From the human T2T-CHM13v2.0 reference genome, Homo sapiens, in NCBI RefSeq assembly GCF_009914755.1, contig NC_060947.1: a DNA stretch of 64,000 nt. One strand, 5' to 3'. Made by a program: the position numbers and the translations under genes. Positions 35,478 through 50,832 of this stretch are shown piece after piece. Numbering within the stretch: the stretch's first letter is position 1; every line of letters begins with the position of its first letter. The notes under the pieces are model-generated. The model did no database searches. It saw nothing but the letters and a program-made list of their open reading frames with translations, and had not been told where the DNA came from.

Positions 35478-35815
35478 GAGGGAATGAGATGCAATTCATG
35501 TTCTGGTAAGTCCGAATGATGCAGTCAGATCTGAAAGTCTATCAAAAGCTTTCTTATCTAATAGCAGTGAACTATAAATGTGTTGGTAAGGAATGTGCTC
35601 CTGAAAAAAGGCCTGATCTCCAGCTTTTTAAATAAATGACCACTAGTACTCAAGAAAATGAACTGCCATCCTGTCTCCCATGTGTAGTGAAAGTTACCAG
35701 AAATGTGTACCCATAATTTAAGCAGGGTAACTAAGTAAGCAGTCCTATAATAATATATGAAGTAGTGTCATGATATATTACCCCAAATATATATTTCATC
35801 CTGGTCTCTGCCTTA

Positions 35816-36241
<426 letters not shown>

Positions 36242-36376
36242 CTATGTATGGGAAGATTCCTATAGCTATTGTTGTGGAGACCTAAAGCCACCTGTTTTTA
36301 GCATCTCCTTTTTTAAAATCAAAATTACTACAGCAAACGTAAGGCATTGAAGATCGAGGTTTTGGTGTTTCTGCTG

Positions 36377-37032
<656 letters not shown>

Positions 37033-38063
37033 CATTTGGGGTTGGCATGTATGTTCTCTAAATTGACTGGTTCCCATGCTTTAAGTACAACAATGACCCT
37101 GCACCATTGCTCAAGTAATTGCCTCCTCCTGTAATGAGACTGCCCATCCCTAAAATCTCAGAACCTTCAGCCCTTTGGGTCCCCAGAGGCCCAGTTGACA
37201 GGCTACTTCCTCCATAAAGCTCTCCCCAAGAAATGAAGCCAGAGAGCCAGTGCCTCCTTCTGAATGCCTACTGCACTTACTGTGTATGTCCTTCAAAAGG
37301 ATGGCTCTGGTGACCTACTGGCCTTGTGTGGAGGATGGTCCTGTGTGCTGGTCTTCTCTCTCTTCTACCAAACTGCAGGCTACTGGTGAGCAGGGCTGTA
37401 CCTTACACACCTCTACAGCACCAAATAGGGGATGAGTGTTCCAAGAAAGCTGTGATTCACATGAATGTTTTCAGAAAAGAAGCCAGAATAAATTGTACAC
37501 TATACTATAGATCCCTTAATCCTTATTACTGCAAAATACATTAATTGTGAAGCTTAAAGAACGTCCCCACTGCTTACACAACAGGTGTAGCTTACATAAT
37601 CTGCTCTACCCAGCTGTTACTTACTTGTGGCAATTCCCTCCTGGCTTCTACTCCCTGTCGATATGTGGGATTACTGCACCATCCAGTATGATTTCCTTAT
37701 TCCTTGCTCCAATCATAACAAATTTGTTAATTTTCCTTTATAACAGTAAAAATGGCTGAAACTCCAAATAACCAGAGATATCCCTAGGGTTTTCCATGAC
37801 TATAAAACTCAAAAGACAATCCAGGATATAAACCAATATTTGTAAATATTGCCATAAAATTCATTGCTCAGAATTTTTTTTTTCCTATATAGTCTTCTTT
37901 GACAAAATACTGCAGTATTCCCACCATTTGGAAATTGTGTTACCCAAAAGGTATAGAATGGGATGAAGTGATGATGCAAATGAGTATTAGGACTATGAGC
38001 AAATGAATGGGAGCAGTAACAAAAGTCCAAAAGTCAGGAAAAATGAAAATCCACGAACTTGGC

Positions 38064-38147
38064 GATGCTCCAGAGAGGAAACCAGCAAGTGTTGACGCTA
38101 AACTGGCAGAAACATCAATACTTCCTGGCTCCCCCACTGGGTGCATC
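38064..38147 (-). ncRNA. MIR505: pre-miR-505 hairpin; 5p arm 38133-38112 (GGGAGCCAGGAAGUAUUGAUGU), 3p arm 38097-38076 (CGUCAACACUUGCUGGUUUCCU)
   Basis: Both recalled mature sequences are present on the minus strand within an 84-nt foldback with complementary ends GAUGC...GCAUC. Confidence 0.97.
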
Positions 38148-38369
38148 AATTTACCACCGGCAGGCTGCTCTTCTGCTTCAAGTGACAAACAGTAAGTGCT
38201 TTCAATGACAGTATGAAAAGGAATGACCCATAATCTAGAAGCATGGCTATGGGCAGCAAAGAAAAGATGTGATTGCTGGGAGTCTGTCTCAGCTGTACTG
38301 CTGATTAGCTTAATGATCTTGGACAAGTCATTTCCTTTCACTGAAAAAATACCAGTGTTTCACAATATT

Positions 38370-38909
38370 TGCGTGATGGAAAGAGTTAACATAGCAGGCC
38401 TGACACTGCTATTCTTAGTAAGGCCTGTTTGCAAGGTTGGTCCTTGGCTGGTGTCTGGGGACTTGGATTTTGGGAGGGTTTCCATCACCCTGATAAGAGT
38501 GGCTCACTCTGCTTAAGCTGTGTAAACAATAGGGTTTACACTGAATACCTGCTTTCCTCCTTGGGGTCTGGAATTTTGCTGTGTACCAGGTGGAGGGTGC
38601 CTGTGTGACCAGCTCCCACTAAAAACCCTGGGTACTGAATCTCTAATAAGCTTCCCTAGTAGACATTTCACACAAGTTGTCAAAACTCATTTGCTAGAGG
38701 AATTAAGCATGACCTGTGTGATTTCAGTGAAAGAGGACTGGAAGCTTGCACATGGTTTCCTCCAGACTTGGCCCCAATGAGCCTTTTCCCGTTACTGACT
38801 TTGCTCTGTATCCTTTTGCTATAATAAATCACATCCGCAAGCGTTTCTATGTACTGAGTTCTGCCAGTGAATCAACAAACCTAGGCCGGTTTTGAGGACC
38901 TCTGTCACA
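38370..38909 (+). mobile_element. MER68-type (ERVL) solo LTR inserted in a MIR
   Basis: AAAGAGTTAACATAGCAGGCCTGACACTGCTA...GTCACA; MIR pieces on both flanks. Confidence 0.82.
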
Positions 38910-39069
38910 ATTGGTATAGTGTTGAATAGTCTACCAAACGTTTTTTTCAACAGTCTTGTGAAATAGGTATTATTATTCCCATTCTATCGATGAAGAAACT
39001 GAAGTTCAAAAAGGTGAACAGAGAGTGTGCCCAGAAAATAAATATTTCCGTGTTTACTATATTATATAT

Positions 39070-39419
<350 letters not shown>

Positions 39420-41252
39420 GCTTCTTGGTGGCTGCTTCCTAAACTGATCATTCTTCATCTGTTATTACTGACTCAGACTGTGTTACCAATTCAGCTCAAA
39501 ACAATTAAACAAGTATTAATTGAACATCTACTGTTTACCTGATGCTGTGCTAACTGCAAGATCATTTTCAAGAACACTTCTGATTTTTCCAAGAATACCT
39601 TGGTAAAGAGAAAGGGACTAGGAAAACATTGCCACATTAATACTTTATGACAACATATAATAGAGACGCCTAAAAAACAAATGATGATATCTGCTTGAAC
39701 AGCAATATCATCAACATCACCAATCCTCCCATATTCCATTAAATACATATGGCACAAGAAATCAATGATTTCTACTTCACAAATACAGGTTAACCTTCTA
39801 AATCTGGAAATCCACGGTCCATTATCATTTATAAATCACATCTTCTATTATCAAGAAGTCAGCCGACCCAGTAATCCGTCCATACACTGCAATAATTGAG
39901 GGGCTGTCTGCCAATGTGTGGGCATAGGGCATCCTGTGCCCATATCTGCAGTGCTGAGCACTCATTCATCATTAAGCTGCAGCAGTGTTAACATATGCTG
40001 CAGTTGTGCCAGTATGTTTTGTTTTACGATCACCGCTAATCTACCCTTATACCAGGCCAAGAAGGTAAATGTTAAGTGAAAGGAAATAAACTCGAGAGCC
40101 AGCACCTAATTCATTTGTGGAAGCCCAGAACCTCCCTCCACCTAACCAGAAAAACTCCCCCAGTCTCGAGGGTTCCAGATGTAAAAGGTTCATCTGTATA
40201 AAGCACTACAGATGTACAGGAAATTCCACCACCTTGAAGAAAAAAATAGTATTTTTTTTTTATATCCCATGCATTCACCCTCTTTGAGAGAACTGAATAA
40301 CCATGTTAGACAAGCAATGAGCCTTGATTTTTTCCATCACTCAACAAACCAGTATTTGATTTCACTCAGTGGGCTAGTTCTTTGCACATCATGCAGACAC
40401 AGCAAGGTTAGTTATGGTTCTTTCAGGGGCCACTGGCCATCCTTTACCTCCTAGAACCCACTGCTCAGCAGGTGGTAAACTGGCAGCTTTTTGAAAAAAC
40501 AAGCTCTTTTGAACAGTTGCATCAATATAAAAATGGCCAGCTTCACCTGCCCAAATCTCAATTCAGCTAAAAGTTAATTAGGAACACTGGAAACTACCTG
40601 GTATATAGGCACTCAATATTACTCACTAAATGGCTGAATTATTAGCAATAAGCATAAACAAAAGGAACAAACAGTAAACACTTACAGAAAGTATTCAGGA
40701 CACATTCAGAGTTTTATGTTGCTTAGTCACTAAAAGGTAGATCAGGAAAAAAGAAGACAAAACCTGCTTTCACTTGTGTAAAGATTTATTTCAAGTTACA
40801 GTGGTTCATTTCTAAATAAGTTTCCCACCTTGCGTGGGGTCAGCCTAGCATCTATTTGCAAAAGAGCAGTTTGCCATGCGTAGGTCAGATGAAAGGAGAC
40901 AAATGCAAGAAACTCCTTTTTAACTGACATCCAAACAACCAGAAAATAACTGATATTGTACAATCTATTTTTAGTAGAAAGAAAAATGACAAGTATGTAA
41001 TAGTAACTTATTCACAAAGATCAAATTTCATGGTATGTCACAAATGTATTCAATGCAATGCAGTTACCATGCCCTCTATATCTATAGTTGTGTATGTAAT
41101 GATAATTACAGCTCAGGAAGACAGGAACCTTGTCTGTCTTGCTCATCTACGACCCCAGGATTGACTGCAGTGCCCAGCACATAGTAGGTGCTCAGTGAAT
41201 ATTTGCTGAATGATAATTGCTCTGCAAAACCATACAATGCCTTAATCATCTA

Positions 41253-41631
<379 letters not shown>

Positions 41632-41974
41632 TCAGCCTCTGTAACTGCATGATCCAATTCCCATAATAAATCTCAAAAAAAAGGAAAAAAAAAAAGATTA
41701 TACTATGGTCAGTATAGCTTTCGGCATTAGATGTATTTATTCTAATTCTTAGAATACTAGTAATGTATACGGTATACCCCAACTAACAAGAACTCATTCT
41801 TTGCTCATTCTGCATAAGAGCGGGTTTACAATAATCACTATCTGTAAGTAAAGGTTATTATTTATGGGATACATACAAAAGTTGTTCTTTCAAAAAATAT
41901 TTTACTGAACACCTACTAGGGACCAGGCACTGTGCTAGGAGCTAAGAACACACTGTGAACTGTCCCTGTCTAGG

Positions 41975-42091
41975 ACAGCCTTTCTCAATTAGGGTTCCTT
42001 CACTCCAGCTGCGCAGGAAAATGTTAATTTATTACTAACAATGCATGTCCTAGGGCATCAGTGCCAATTCTCTCCATGTTGAGAAAGACTA
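41975..42091. mobile_element. Small hAT-Charlie-like MITE
   Basis: Terminal inverted repeats CAGCCTTTCTCAA ... TTGAGAAAGACTA. Confidence 0.5.
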
Positions 42092-45000
42092 GGGAGCCAT
42101 ACAAGTTAAAAGGCAATTATAACACAATATGATTTAAAAAAAAAAAGTTGCTTTTAAGTATGGTCAAGTTCAACTGCTAAACCTAGACCTCTATGAACAG
42201 CCATGTGGGAGCCGAGATACACAGACCATTTGTAATAGTTGTGCAAATGTAAAAATATTGCAATACATACATACAGATATATTTCTAAACACAGTAAAAT
42301 AAAATCAATATTTTCCCGCTCGTCAATGTCAGGCCAGGATTATTAGTAAAGTGAAACAGAAAAAAAAAAATGTTTAATTACTCTGATAGTTTAAAGGGGA
42401 AACTAAAAACCTTCTTGCTCCTGGGGAAAAAACAAAGCAATTACCTGAACTATTTTCTTAATTGCCTCCATATATTGCTTCATTAGACTAGCCTTGCCTT
42501 GGACTCAAAGCAATAAATTAGCTACCTATTTCATTAATTCTTATTTTGTATTTTTTAGTCTTATTTTAAATTTCCATTCTTCCTTATGCAGTCTAATTTC
42601 TTCCTAGTCCTGGGCATTTTCTGTGTGATATTATGATTATATGCTACATGCTTTATGAAACCAAAGCAGTTTAAGGGCTTCTAGAATCAGAGATTTAAAT
42701 GTACTCCAGTATTTCACACTCACAATTAAGCTTTCATGTATCAAAGGTCTAGAAATGCATACCTGTTAACTATCACTGACAAGCTAAACTGACAGCATCC
42801 TCTTGACCAAGCCCCCAACCTACTTTATCAAGAAATCTCTTATTTTGAATCTTTAGTATAAAATAATTTCATAAGCCAAAAAGAGGGGGGAATTGTTTTT
42901 AGACTTTCAATAAATCTTTAAACCCAAGAGAACACGTTACTATAGTCACTAGGAATTGCATTAAGAATAAAACAAGACAGGATAACATAAAAGTCCATGA
43001 CCCTTAAATCTCAACTAGTCCAGACTTCTGATTAAATATGCCTTTGAAGAAAATAAATTGTACAGACAGAGTTATTATTACTTATTTACTGTATTTATGG
43101 AGATGTTGACTTGAGAACAGGTGGTGCTTTTATTGCACTCAGAGACATCCAACTCTTAAATCCTTTAGGACACCCTCTACATGCCTCAACCCTAAAATGC
43201 TATACACCAAATCCACCAATTTCTTTCCACCTCAAAACTGTCAAAAGGAAAGTCATAATTCATCAGAAAGAAAGGAACACAGTTATTAATGGCAAAGAAG
43301 TCAAGACCATGTATTTAAAAAAATACAATGAATCACTATTTTCTTTTAGCTTGAAATTGGAAAACTCGAAAAATAAATGGCATTTCAAAAATGATTCAGC
43401 AAACACAACTGAGCTATAGAAGATGATGCTTGTAAGAATCCTAAGGGATTCTTCCACGTCAGGTTTAAAATATAAAGGAAGCACTTCTCTAATATGTAGT
43501 CTAGTTTTCAATAACCAACAACTACAATCAACACCACTGTAATTTATTTCACAATCAAAACCAATATCAGACACGTACAGGTACACTAAAAAAACAACTC
43601 ATTTTGAAAGGAATTCATAGCTCTATTTCTAAAATATTAAAACAATCATAAGACAACTCACAACCTTGACTACATCTATACTGCTGTGAAAGTCTCAAAG
43701 TTCCACTCAAATCTTTAATTCTAGTCTTCTAGTAATTCAAATGGAAGTACCCCTCAAAGAATTTGTCAGGCAAAAGAGGAGAACAGCGCATGGTTTACTG
43801 ATCTAAGAGATGGAAAAATTGCCCCCCTCCCCCAAATTTTGAAGCCGTTTTTTAGCAATGATTATTTGATAGTAATTTTCACATTCAGTCCAACGGTATG
43901 CAGATTAATTCCTTGCCCTGGGCCTAGGGCTCAGACACAACTCCTAAGAACCTTCCAGCTTACCGCACTGGTACAAATTCCTGATACTTACCACAGTCAT
44001 GGCTGCGCAGGAAAATGTGAACAGCTGAATATTCCAGCTGCAACAATAAGGTCAAAGCTCATTTCAGTATTAGCAAAAGTGATTCTCTGCTGAGATCTTG
44101 GTCGGGGATGCAAAGTACTAGCCTCAAACCTGCAGGCTGGCACCTCAACAACTGCTGCAAATTCTACTGCATGCCCTGGCTTCCTGGGCCAGCACTGCTT
44201 AATTACTAGACTCTGATACGATGCAGATCACTTTTCGCAAAAGGGAAGCAATGGGCTTTTAGACCAATACTTGAGTTGTTCGGTTTCAAATGTTCAAATC
44301 CTTAAAAAAAAAAAAAAAGGATTTCAACAACTTAAGTTTAATGATTTTATTATGATTCAGAGCCCAGTTGTTTTCCACCATAAGAGTGCCACGTGAAAAG
44401 ATTATCCTTTTCCTAAATACAATTAGCTTTCATTGCCACCTTTCCCTTTTTGTCACCCCCACGCAACACTCCAAGATCACAAGAATCTATGTGAAACAGC
44501 TATTAAGAACAATACCCGCTTGCATTCTCAGGCTAAATGTGAGAAACCAATTTTAGTCACTTGCTTCAGCAAAGCTATCAGTACAAGCCATCACCTACGG
44601 ATTTCAAGATGATTGATATGTACAACCTCTACTGCTCTATGCCACAGGTAATAATCTGTTCCAATTTCATACTGCATGTTCCTGGGTGGGGTCAACATTT
44701 AGAAAACCATTAACACAGCACTATTCTAAAAAGGGATGTGCAAGTATTACTTTTAGCCAGTGTACACTTGTGAAAGTTTCAAATGAAGGAAAAATGAGAG
44801 CAAATATATCCGATGTATGAAAAATGTTAGCAACGTTTTGATTAGGAATAATTGCATGAATAAAACCAAATCGACATGTTCTCAAAAGATATATTTTAAG
44901 GCAGGTAGAGGAAAGCACTCAGCTTTCAACCCTTTTTCCTAACTACAGAAAAATCAAAATTTGCAGATGAACCCTTTCTTCCACATCATTGGCAGAAATA

Positions 45001-45607
45001 AAATCCTATTCCCGCCACCACCTCTTGCAATTAAGGAAGTTGCTACAAATAGCAGCACGGAACGTAAATGGTCCTGTTTCGCTCCATTCTTAATGTACCC
45101 TCTAGGAGTAAACAGGTTACTCAAAAAAGTCAGTAGCCAGAAAGCGATTTTCCCTATGGCTAACTCCCATGAAAATGAAATTCCCTTTTCTGGGGATTCT
45201 GAAGGGGGTAAACGTGGACGGAGGAGTCCAGTCACAGTCCGCCTTCTCCCATGGGTTCAAGGTCTGGAGTGCTCAGTCCTCCGCGAGGCTTCAGACCAGA
45301 GATCGGCAGCACGGGCAGTGGCGGCGCAGCCTCCTCGCGGCTGCACATCCACCCGGCCCACCCTGACAATCACGCTCGCCTTTCAAACACCCTAAAGGTG
45401 AGCTTTGTAGGCTGGGTCTCCAAAGTTTGCCCGGCCTCCGGTCAGAAGCCGCCCGCTGGCTGAGCCCTAGGCAAGGCTGAGTCTTGCCCTAGCCTCCGGC
45501 TCCCTCAGCCCCCAGCTCTTCTTTTGGGCCACCGTGACAGGTCTAGGTTTACCTCCATGTGCTCGTGGCAGAGGAAACAAAAGAAAGCAACCTCCCTGAG
45601 AATAAAA

Positions 45608-45616
45608 CGCCATCTT
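45608..45616 (-). promoter_or_regulatory. YY1 motif AAGATGGCG
   Basis: Exact YY1 core in the CpG island, oriented with the gene. Confidence 0.55.
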
Positions 45617-45955
45617 CGACTAATTGGCAAACTGAGGGGTCCCCGGGTCGGTCCCCCCACGAGTCCCCCCCACCACCCAGCCCGAAGGCGGCCCCCAGTT
45701 TCAGGCAGAGTTTGTAACAGCTCCGGGAAGCCCTGGTCGAATTGTCCTGGGGGCGAGGGTGGGATACCCCGAGAGCCCTACCTGCCTCCCCTCCCCGGCC
45801 GCCTGGGCACCGTGTTTCGGTGAAAAGGAAGAAGAGGGGTGGTGGTGTCTCCCAGAGACGTAACTGCCCCCTCAGAAAATTGTTGTGAGGGACCCGGCGA
45901 AGGGGCTGGCGAGCAAGCAAACCGGCACGCGCGGAGCCGCAGCGAGTGTACTTAC

Positions 45956-45982
45956 AAAACGATTCAAGCTCCGGCGGAACAT
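45956..45982 (-). CDS. ATP11C: ATP11C first coding exon segment, MFRRSLNRF (P4-ATPase phospholipid flippase N-terminus)
   Basis: Minus strand reads ATG TTC CGC CGG AGC TTG AAT CGT TTT then the consensus donor GTAAGT (phase 0), inside a CpG island. Matches the recalled ATP11C N-terminus MFRRSLNRF-CAGEEK. MIR505 in the downstream intron agrees with its known host gene. Confidence 0.93.
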
Positions 45983-46990
45983 CGCGTCGAAGGCTGCCGG
46001 GCGCTGAGCTGGGCTCTACCGGGCTGTCTGGGAAGGCGCCGTCCACAAAACACACTGCGGCGTGGGCCGGCGGCGCCAAGCGGAGCAGCGAGGCGGGCGG
46101 CCGGGCCACCCGCTCGCCGCCTGCCCCCCTCGGCTCTCCGCGCTCCCCCGCCCCCCAGCCGCCCGCAGCCTAGCCGCCGCCCCGCCTCACTCGCGGCCCG
46201 CCCCCGGCCTGCCTGACCCGGGGGCGGCGGCCCCGCGGATCGCCCTTATCTGGCCCCGGCACCCCGGGCCGGCAGCTCGCGCAGCACCCACTGAGAAGGC
46301 GAGCCCGCCGCGCGGGGGAAGGATGGCGGAGGAGCGCGAGGCTCCTCCTGTGGGGAGGGGGCGCCCCCGTCTCTCCGCCAGCGCCGGGCTCGGCACCCCG
46401 CGGGATGCGCTCTTCCCCGACGCGGCACCACCGCCCGCCTCCCCGCTGGACTCCGCGGCCGCCCCCCTCGGGGCACGGGGAACCCTCCCGAGGCACCCCG
46501 CGCCTCACCTCGCCTCAGCCCGACACTACTCCCCTGTCTCTGTCGGGAGCCACAGCCTCCCTCGCCCCGGCCCTAACTCGTCCGCCGTGCCGCGCCGCGC
46601 CGTTTCGCTCGCAGCCCCTCCTCGGTCCGCGGCTGCCGCGCCGCCCCGCGCTCTGGTCCCGCACTCGGGCCAGGGAGCCTGGGTACAGCCAACCGGCCCG
46701 CCCTGAGCCAGCCGACGGCCAGACTCCCTCTTCCGGGCGTGGTGGAGCCGGGCTCTGAGGCAGGGCACCGTGAAGACCCCAGCGCGGGAGGGGCGGGGCG
46801 GGGTGCGAGGGGGGACTAGTTCTGAAAGCCCACCCTCCTCATCTGCACCGACGAGGGTTCCCCCTCGACCCTCGCGCCGCTGTACTCCCACCTACGCGGC
46901 TTTCCCTCCTCTCAGTCTTTCTCTCGTCCTGCCTGCCCACCTAAGCCTTCTTACTTCCACTTTCTCTGAGGTTGTAAAGTCAGGCTTTGT
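45983..46990 (-). other. ATP11C: ATP11C GC-rich 5' UTR / first-exon region (TSS approximate)
   Basis: GC-rich sequence upstream of the ATG with only one upstream ATG seen (46842); GC boxes and a ZNF143 motif lie just beyond ~47000. Confidence 0.6.
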
Positions 46991-47087
46991 GTCGTTGCTG
47001 CTGCGCAGCGGGGCGGGATTTCCCTGACCCCCACCCCGCCCCACCCAGGCCCCTCCCGCTCGCCCCCTCCCCCTCCTTGCTCCCGGG

Positions 47088-47107
47088 GCAGCCTGGGAGT
47101 TGTAGTC
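47088..47107 (-). promoter_or_regulatory. ZNF143/THAP11 (SBS) motif GACTACAACTCCCAGGCTGC
   Basis: Match to ACTACAnnTCCCAG just upstream of the presumed TSS. Confidence 0.75.
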
Positions 47108-48491
47108 CAACCGTCCCCCTACTTCGCCTGGTACCGCGGGCTGGGAGCTCCCCCACACGCTAGTCCCGGGTTTGCCCAGAGGGTTGAAGAAGGAAGCGCG
47201 GGCTGAACAGCGGGTTCTCCACGCCGGCCGGCTGGGTGTGGAGGCCGGGCGCACTCGGTAGCTTCCTAGCGGTGGGACATGTGAGAAGGCTAAATTAGGC
47301 AAAGCTCCGAATCCTGGGAGCTTTCCCTGGAACGCAAAATGTGCGCATCAGGAAACCCTCTACACCCTCGGCCCCCAGCTTAGAGCTGGAATTTGCGAAA
47401 CTTTAAAAATTACAAAAGAAAAGCGAGTCCAGAATTGCCACGAGGCTGGGCATCCCTCCCAACTACCACAACCCCACCCCTTTTCACCGCCCCTTAAGGC
47501 GGGGCCCAAGGCTGTTGGAGAAGAACTTGCAGATTCTTCTATAAAAGTCAAAAAGAAGGAAAGGGAGTTCAGAGACTCTTACACGAGTCTTCCGCCTCGC
47601 CGCGTTCTCCTGCCAGTTTAGAGCTGGGGACAGGGCCCAGCCACACCACAGGCCTTCCCAAAGGTCGCGAATAGGCCTTTACTACTAGGCATAGGCGCTT
47701 CTCCTTTACCCTCCGGAGTTCGGATTCATTTCAACAAACCTTTGCTGGGAATTTTCTTTGTACCAGGCACTGTGCCAGGGCTGGACACAGCGATTTCTTA
47801 AAAGACCTCCCCAACAGGGTGGTCGCAATCTGGTTGGGGGATACAAACAAGCGAAAATGCCACGTTAGAATTTAATAATAGCTAGAGTTCAAAGTGCTAG
47901 AGAAATAGGGGAGAGCGACATTGCATCTGAAAATGGGGTTTGGGAAGTTTTCCTAAAAGCCCTGGAGATTAAACTAGCCCTTGAAACGTGGGAAGGCTTT
48001 AGAGGGACCTGACTGAGCCCAAGGGGACAAAGTCCAGGGTAGAGGGAGAGGTCGGTGAAAAAGCGCAGGACAAACTAAGAAAGAGATCACGCTGTAGTGG
48101 CAGACGCCCAGGACGTGTAGGTAAGGGCGGCTCGAACGAAAGCTAAAATCTAAAACTCTTCAAAAACATGTTACGAAGTTTGAACTTCATTCTGCGATCA
48201 ACGAGAAGCCCATCTCCCAATAAAATGCAAATGCAGGAGACCTAAGGTTTGTTCCCAAACTGTCCTAACTGCCAAGAAGTAAAACCAACCGTTTTCAATT
48301 CTTCCCCTCTTATGATTCCTTCTCTGCTCACAGTTGAGCCTGTATCTAATGATTTTTAAGATTTATGTTAAATTTATATTTATATTAATCAGATATTATG
48401 ATATTTTATTGACAAAAGAGATCTAAAGTTTTGCTCTCTACTGCTTTAAAGATTTTCAAATAGAGTTATTTTCTAGCTTTCTAGCTTTACC

Positions 48492-48787
<296 letters not shown>

Positions 48788-49206
48788 TCTAGCTTTACTT
48801 TTATTGAACACAGCAAATACTGTAATTTCTTCACTAGTTTATTTGTTGAACGACTGCTATGTGGCAGACATTATTCTAGATACTGGAATTGGGAGGTGGA
48901 GGAGGTTATTGTCTTTAGTTCTAGGTATAAGTCTAGAATTCTTACCAAAATACATCCTTATCAATAAAATAATAAACTAATTTAGACATTTGGGGATACA
49001 AGTGCTTGCTAGTGAATAGTAAATAATATCGTTCCAAATTCAATTCTGTTAAACAAGTGGAAAAAATGTACTTTGCTTATAGATTCAAACAGATCAACTT
49101 TAAAAAATATTAGAGACCTGAAATTTTTTTTTGTTTGCATTATGCTCTCATACATACCCATTGTCATGTTACTGCAGCCTAATCACAGGAATTTTAAGAT
49201 TCCTCA

Positions 49207-49553
<347 letters not shown>

Positions 49554-49633
49554 TTATAATTCTGCTATTTATTCTCTCAATTTATTTCAATACGCCACCT
49601 ATACTCATGGGTCCAGTCTAATTTGCTCAACTA

Positions 49634-50110
<477 letters not shown>

Positions 50111-50684
50111 TCAGCAAAACATGAAATTATGCAAGGTGATTTTTTCTGTATCCAAACTCAACCTGAAATTAGAGCTACTCTCACACACATCCTTCAGAGT
50201 CACTCCTTTGTGAGTTTTTTTAAGACAAGAAAAAAGATTTTGGTTCTTTTTAGTGCCTCCTCACAGTTTCCAAAGAAAACCCAGGTGTTGTAGAAAGCTG
50301 TTGTCTGTGACTATGTAAAGTAGGCCCTCAGCCAGCATTTTCATTGGGACAACTCCATTGAACAGAACTGCAAAAATGAACTTCCTCCTGCCTAAACTGT
50401 CAGAACCCCTGAAACATAACACCACCTCTTCTGGTGGATCAGCTAACTGCAACAGAAAGAAGCCCCACAGGTAGGAATTCAGAGGAAACAGTCTTGTTTC
50501 TGTCCTTATTACCAACTTGACTAGATAATGCTTGCTACCTGAGGGAGAGAAGGGAAGGAGTGCTTTCTCAATCCTTTCAGTTCTGTTGCACCATTTCTGT
50601 ACTAATTACCCAGGAGCTCTTCTTCCCTATTGTCCCCACCCCCAATCTTCCATACCTTCTACCTCAACCCCTCAGAAATCTCAC

Positions 50685-50832
50685 CATGGCAAGTGAGCAA
50701 AACAACCACTAGAGCATAGGATGTAGGCCACACCTGTGACGAAGGAGCGCAAACTGCTTCTGGGATCTGTGGGTCGGTCAGCAATTCAAGTAATCTGGCA
50801 GGAGGGGAGCGGTGCGAAGGAGTCACTTCCAT
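50685..50832 (-). other. Candidate upstream ATP11C exon ending in GCCATG|GTGAGA
   Basis: Long polypyrimidine tract plus TTAG acceptor at 50833-50870; donor ATG|GTGAGA; unique sequence with several CpGs. Confidence 0.55.

Larger units (their letters stand above)
45220..47650. promoter_or_regulatory. CpG island promoter of ATP11C
   Basis: Very high GC and CpG density against an AT-rich, CpG-depleted background; multiple GC boxes (e.g. ~46791-46803, 47035-47043). Confidence 0.93.

Noticed and set aside
37940-38341. 133-aa minus-strand ORF spanning MIR505
   Set aside because: It starts within a MIR fragment, resembles no protein I recognise, and the region is explained by the miRNA hairpin
42008-44018. 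Exact 17-mer GCTGCGCAGGAAAATGT at 42008 and 44002
   Set aside because: No extension of similarity, and one copy lies in a putative MITE; a single 17-mer match in 64 kb is not convincingly above chance
45524-47302. Long overlapping ORFs in the CpG island (e.g. 46062-46706 +, 214 aa; 45549-46109 -, 186 aa)
   Set aside because: Stop-poor GC-rich DNA gives Pro/Arg/Ala-rich ORFs in all frames, many with non-ATG starts; the recognisable CDS here is the 9-codon exon segment
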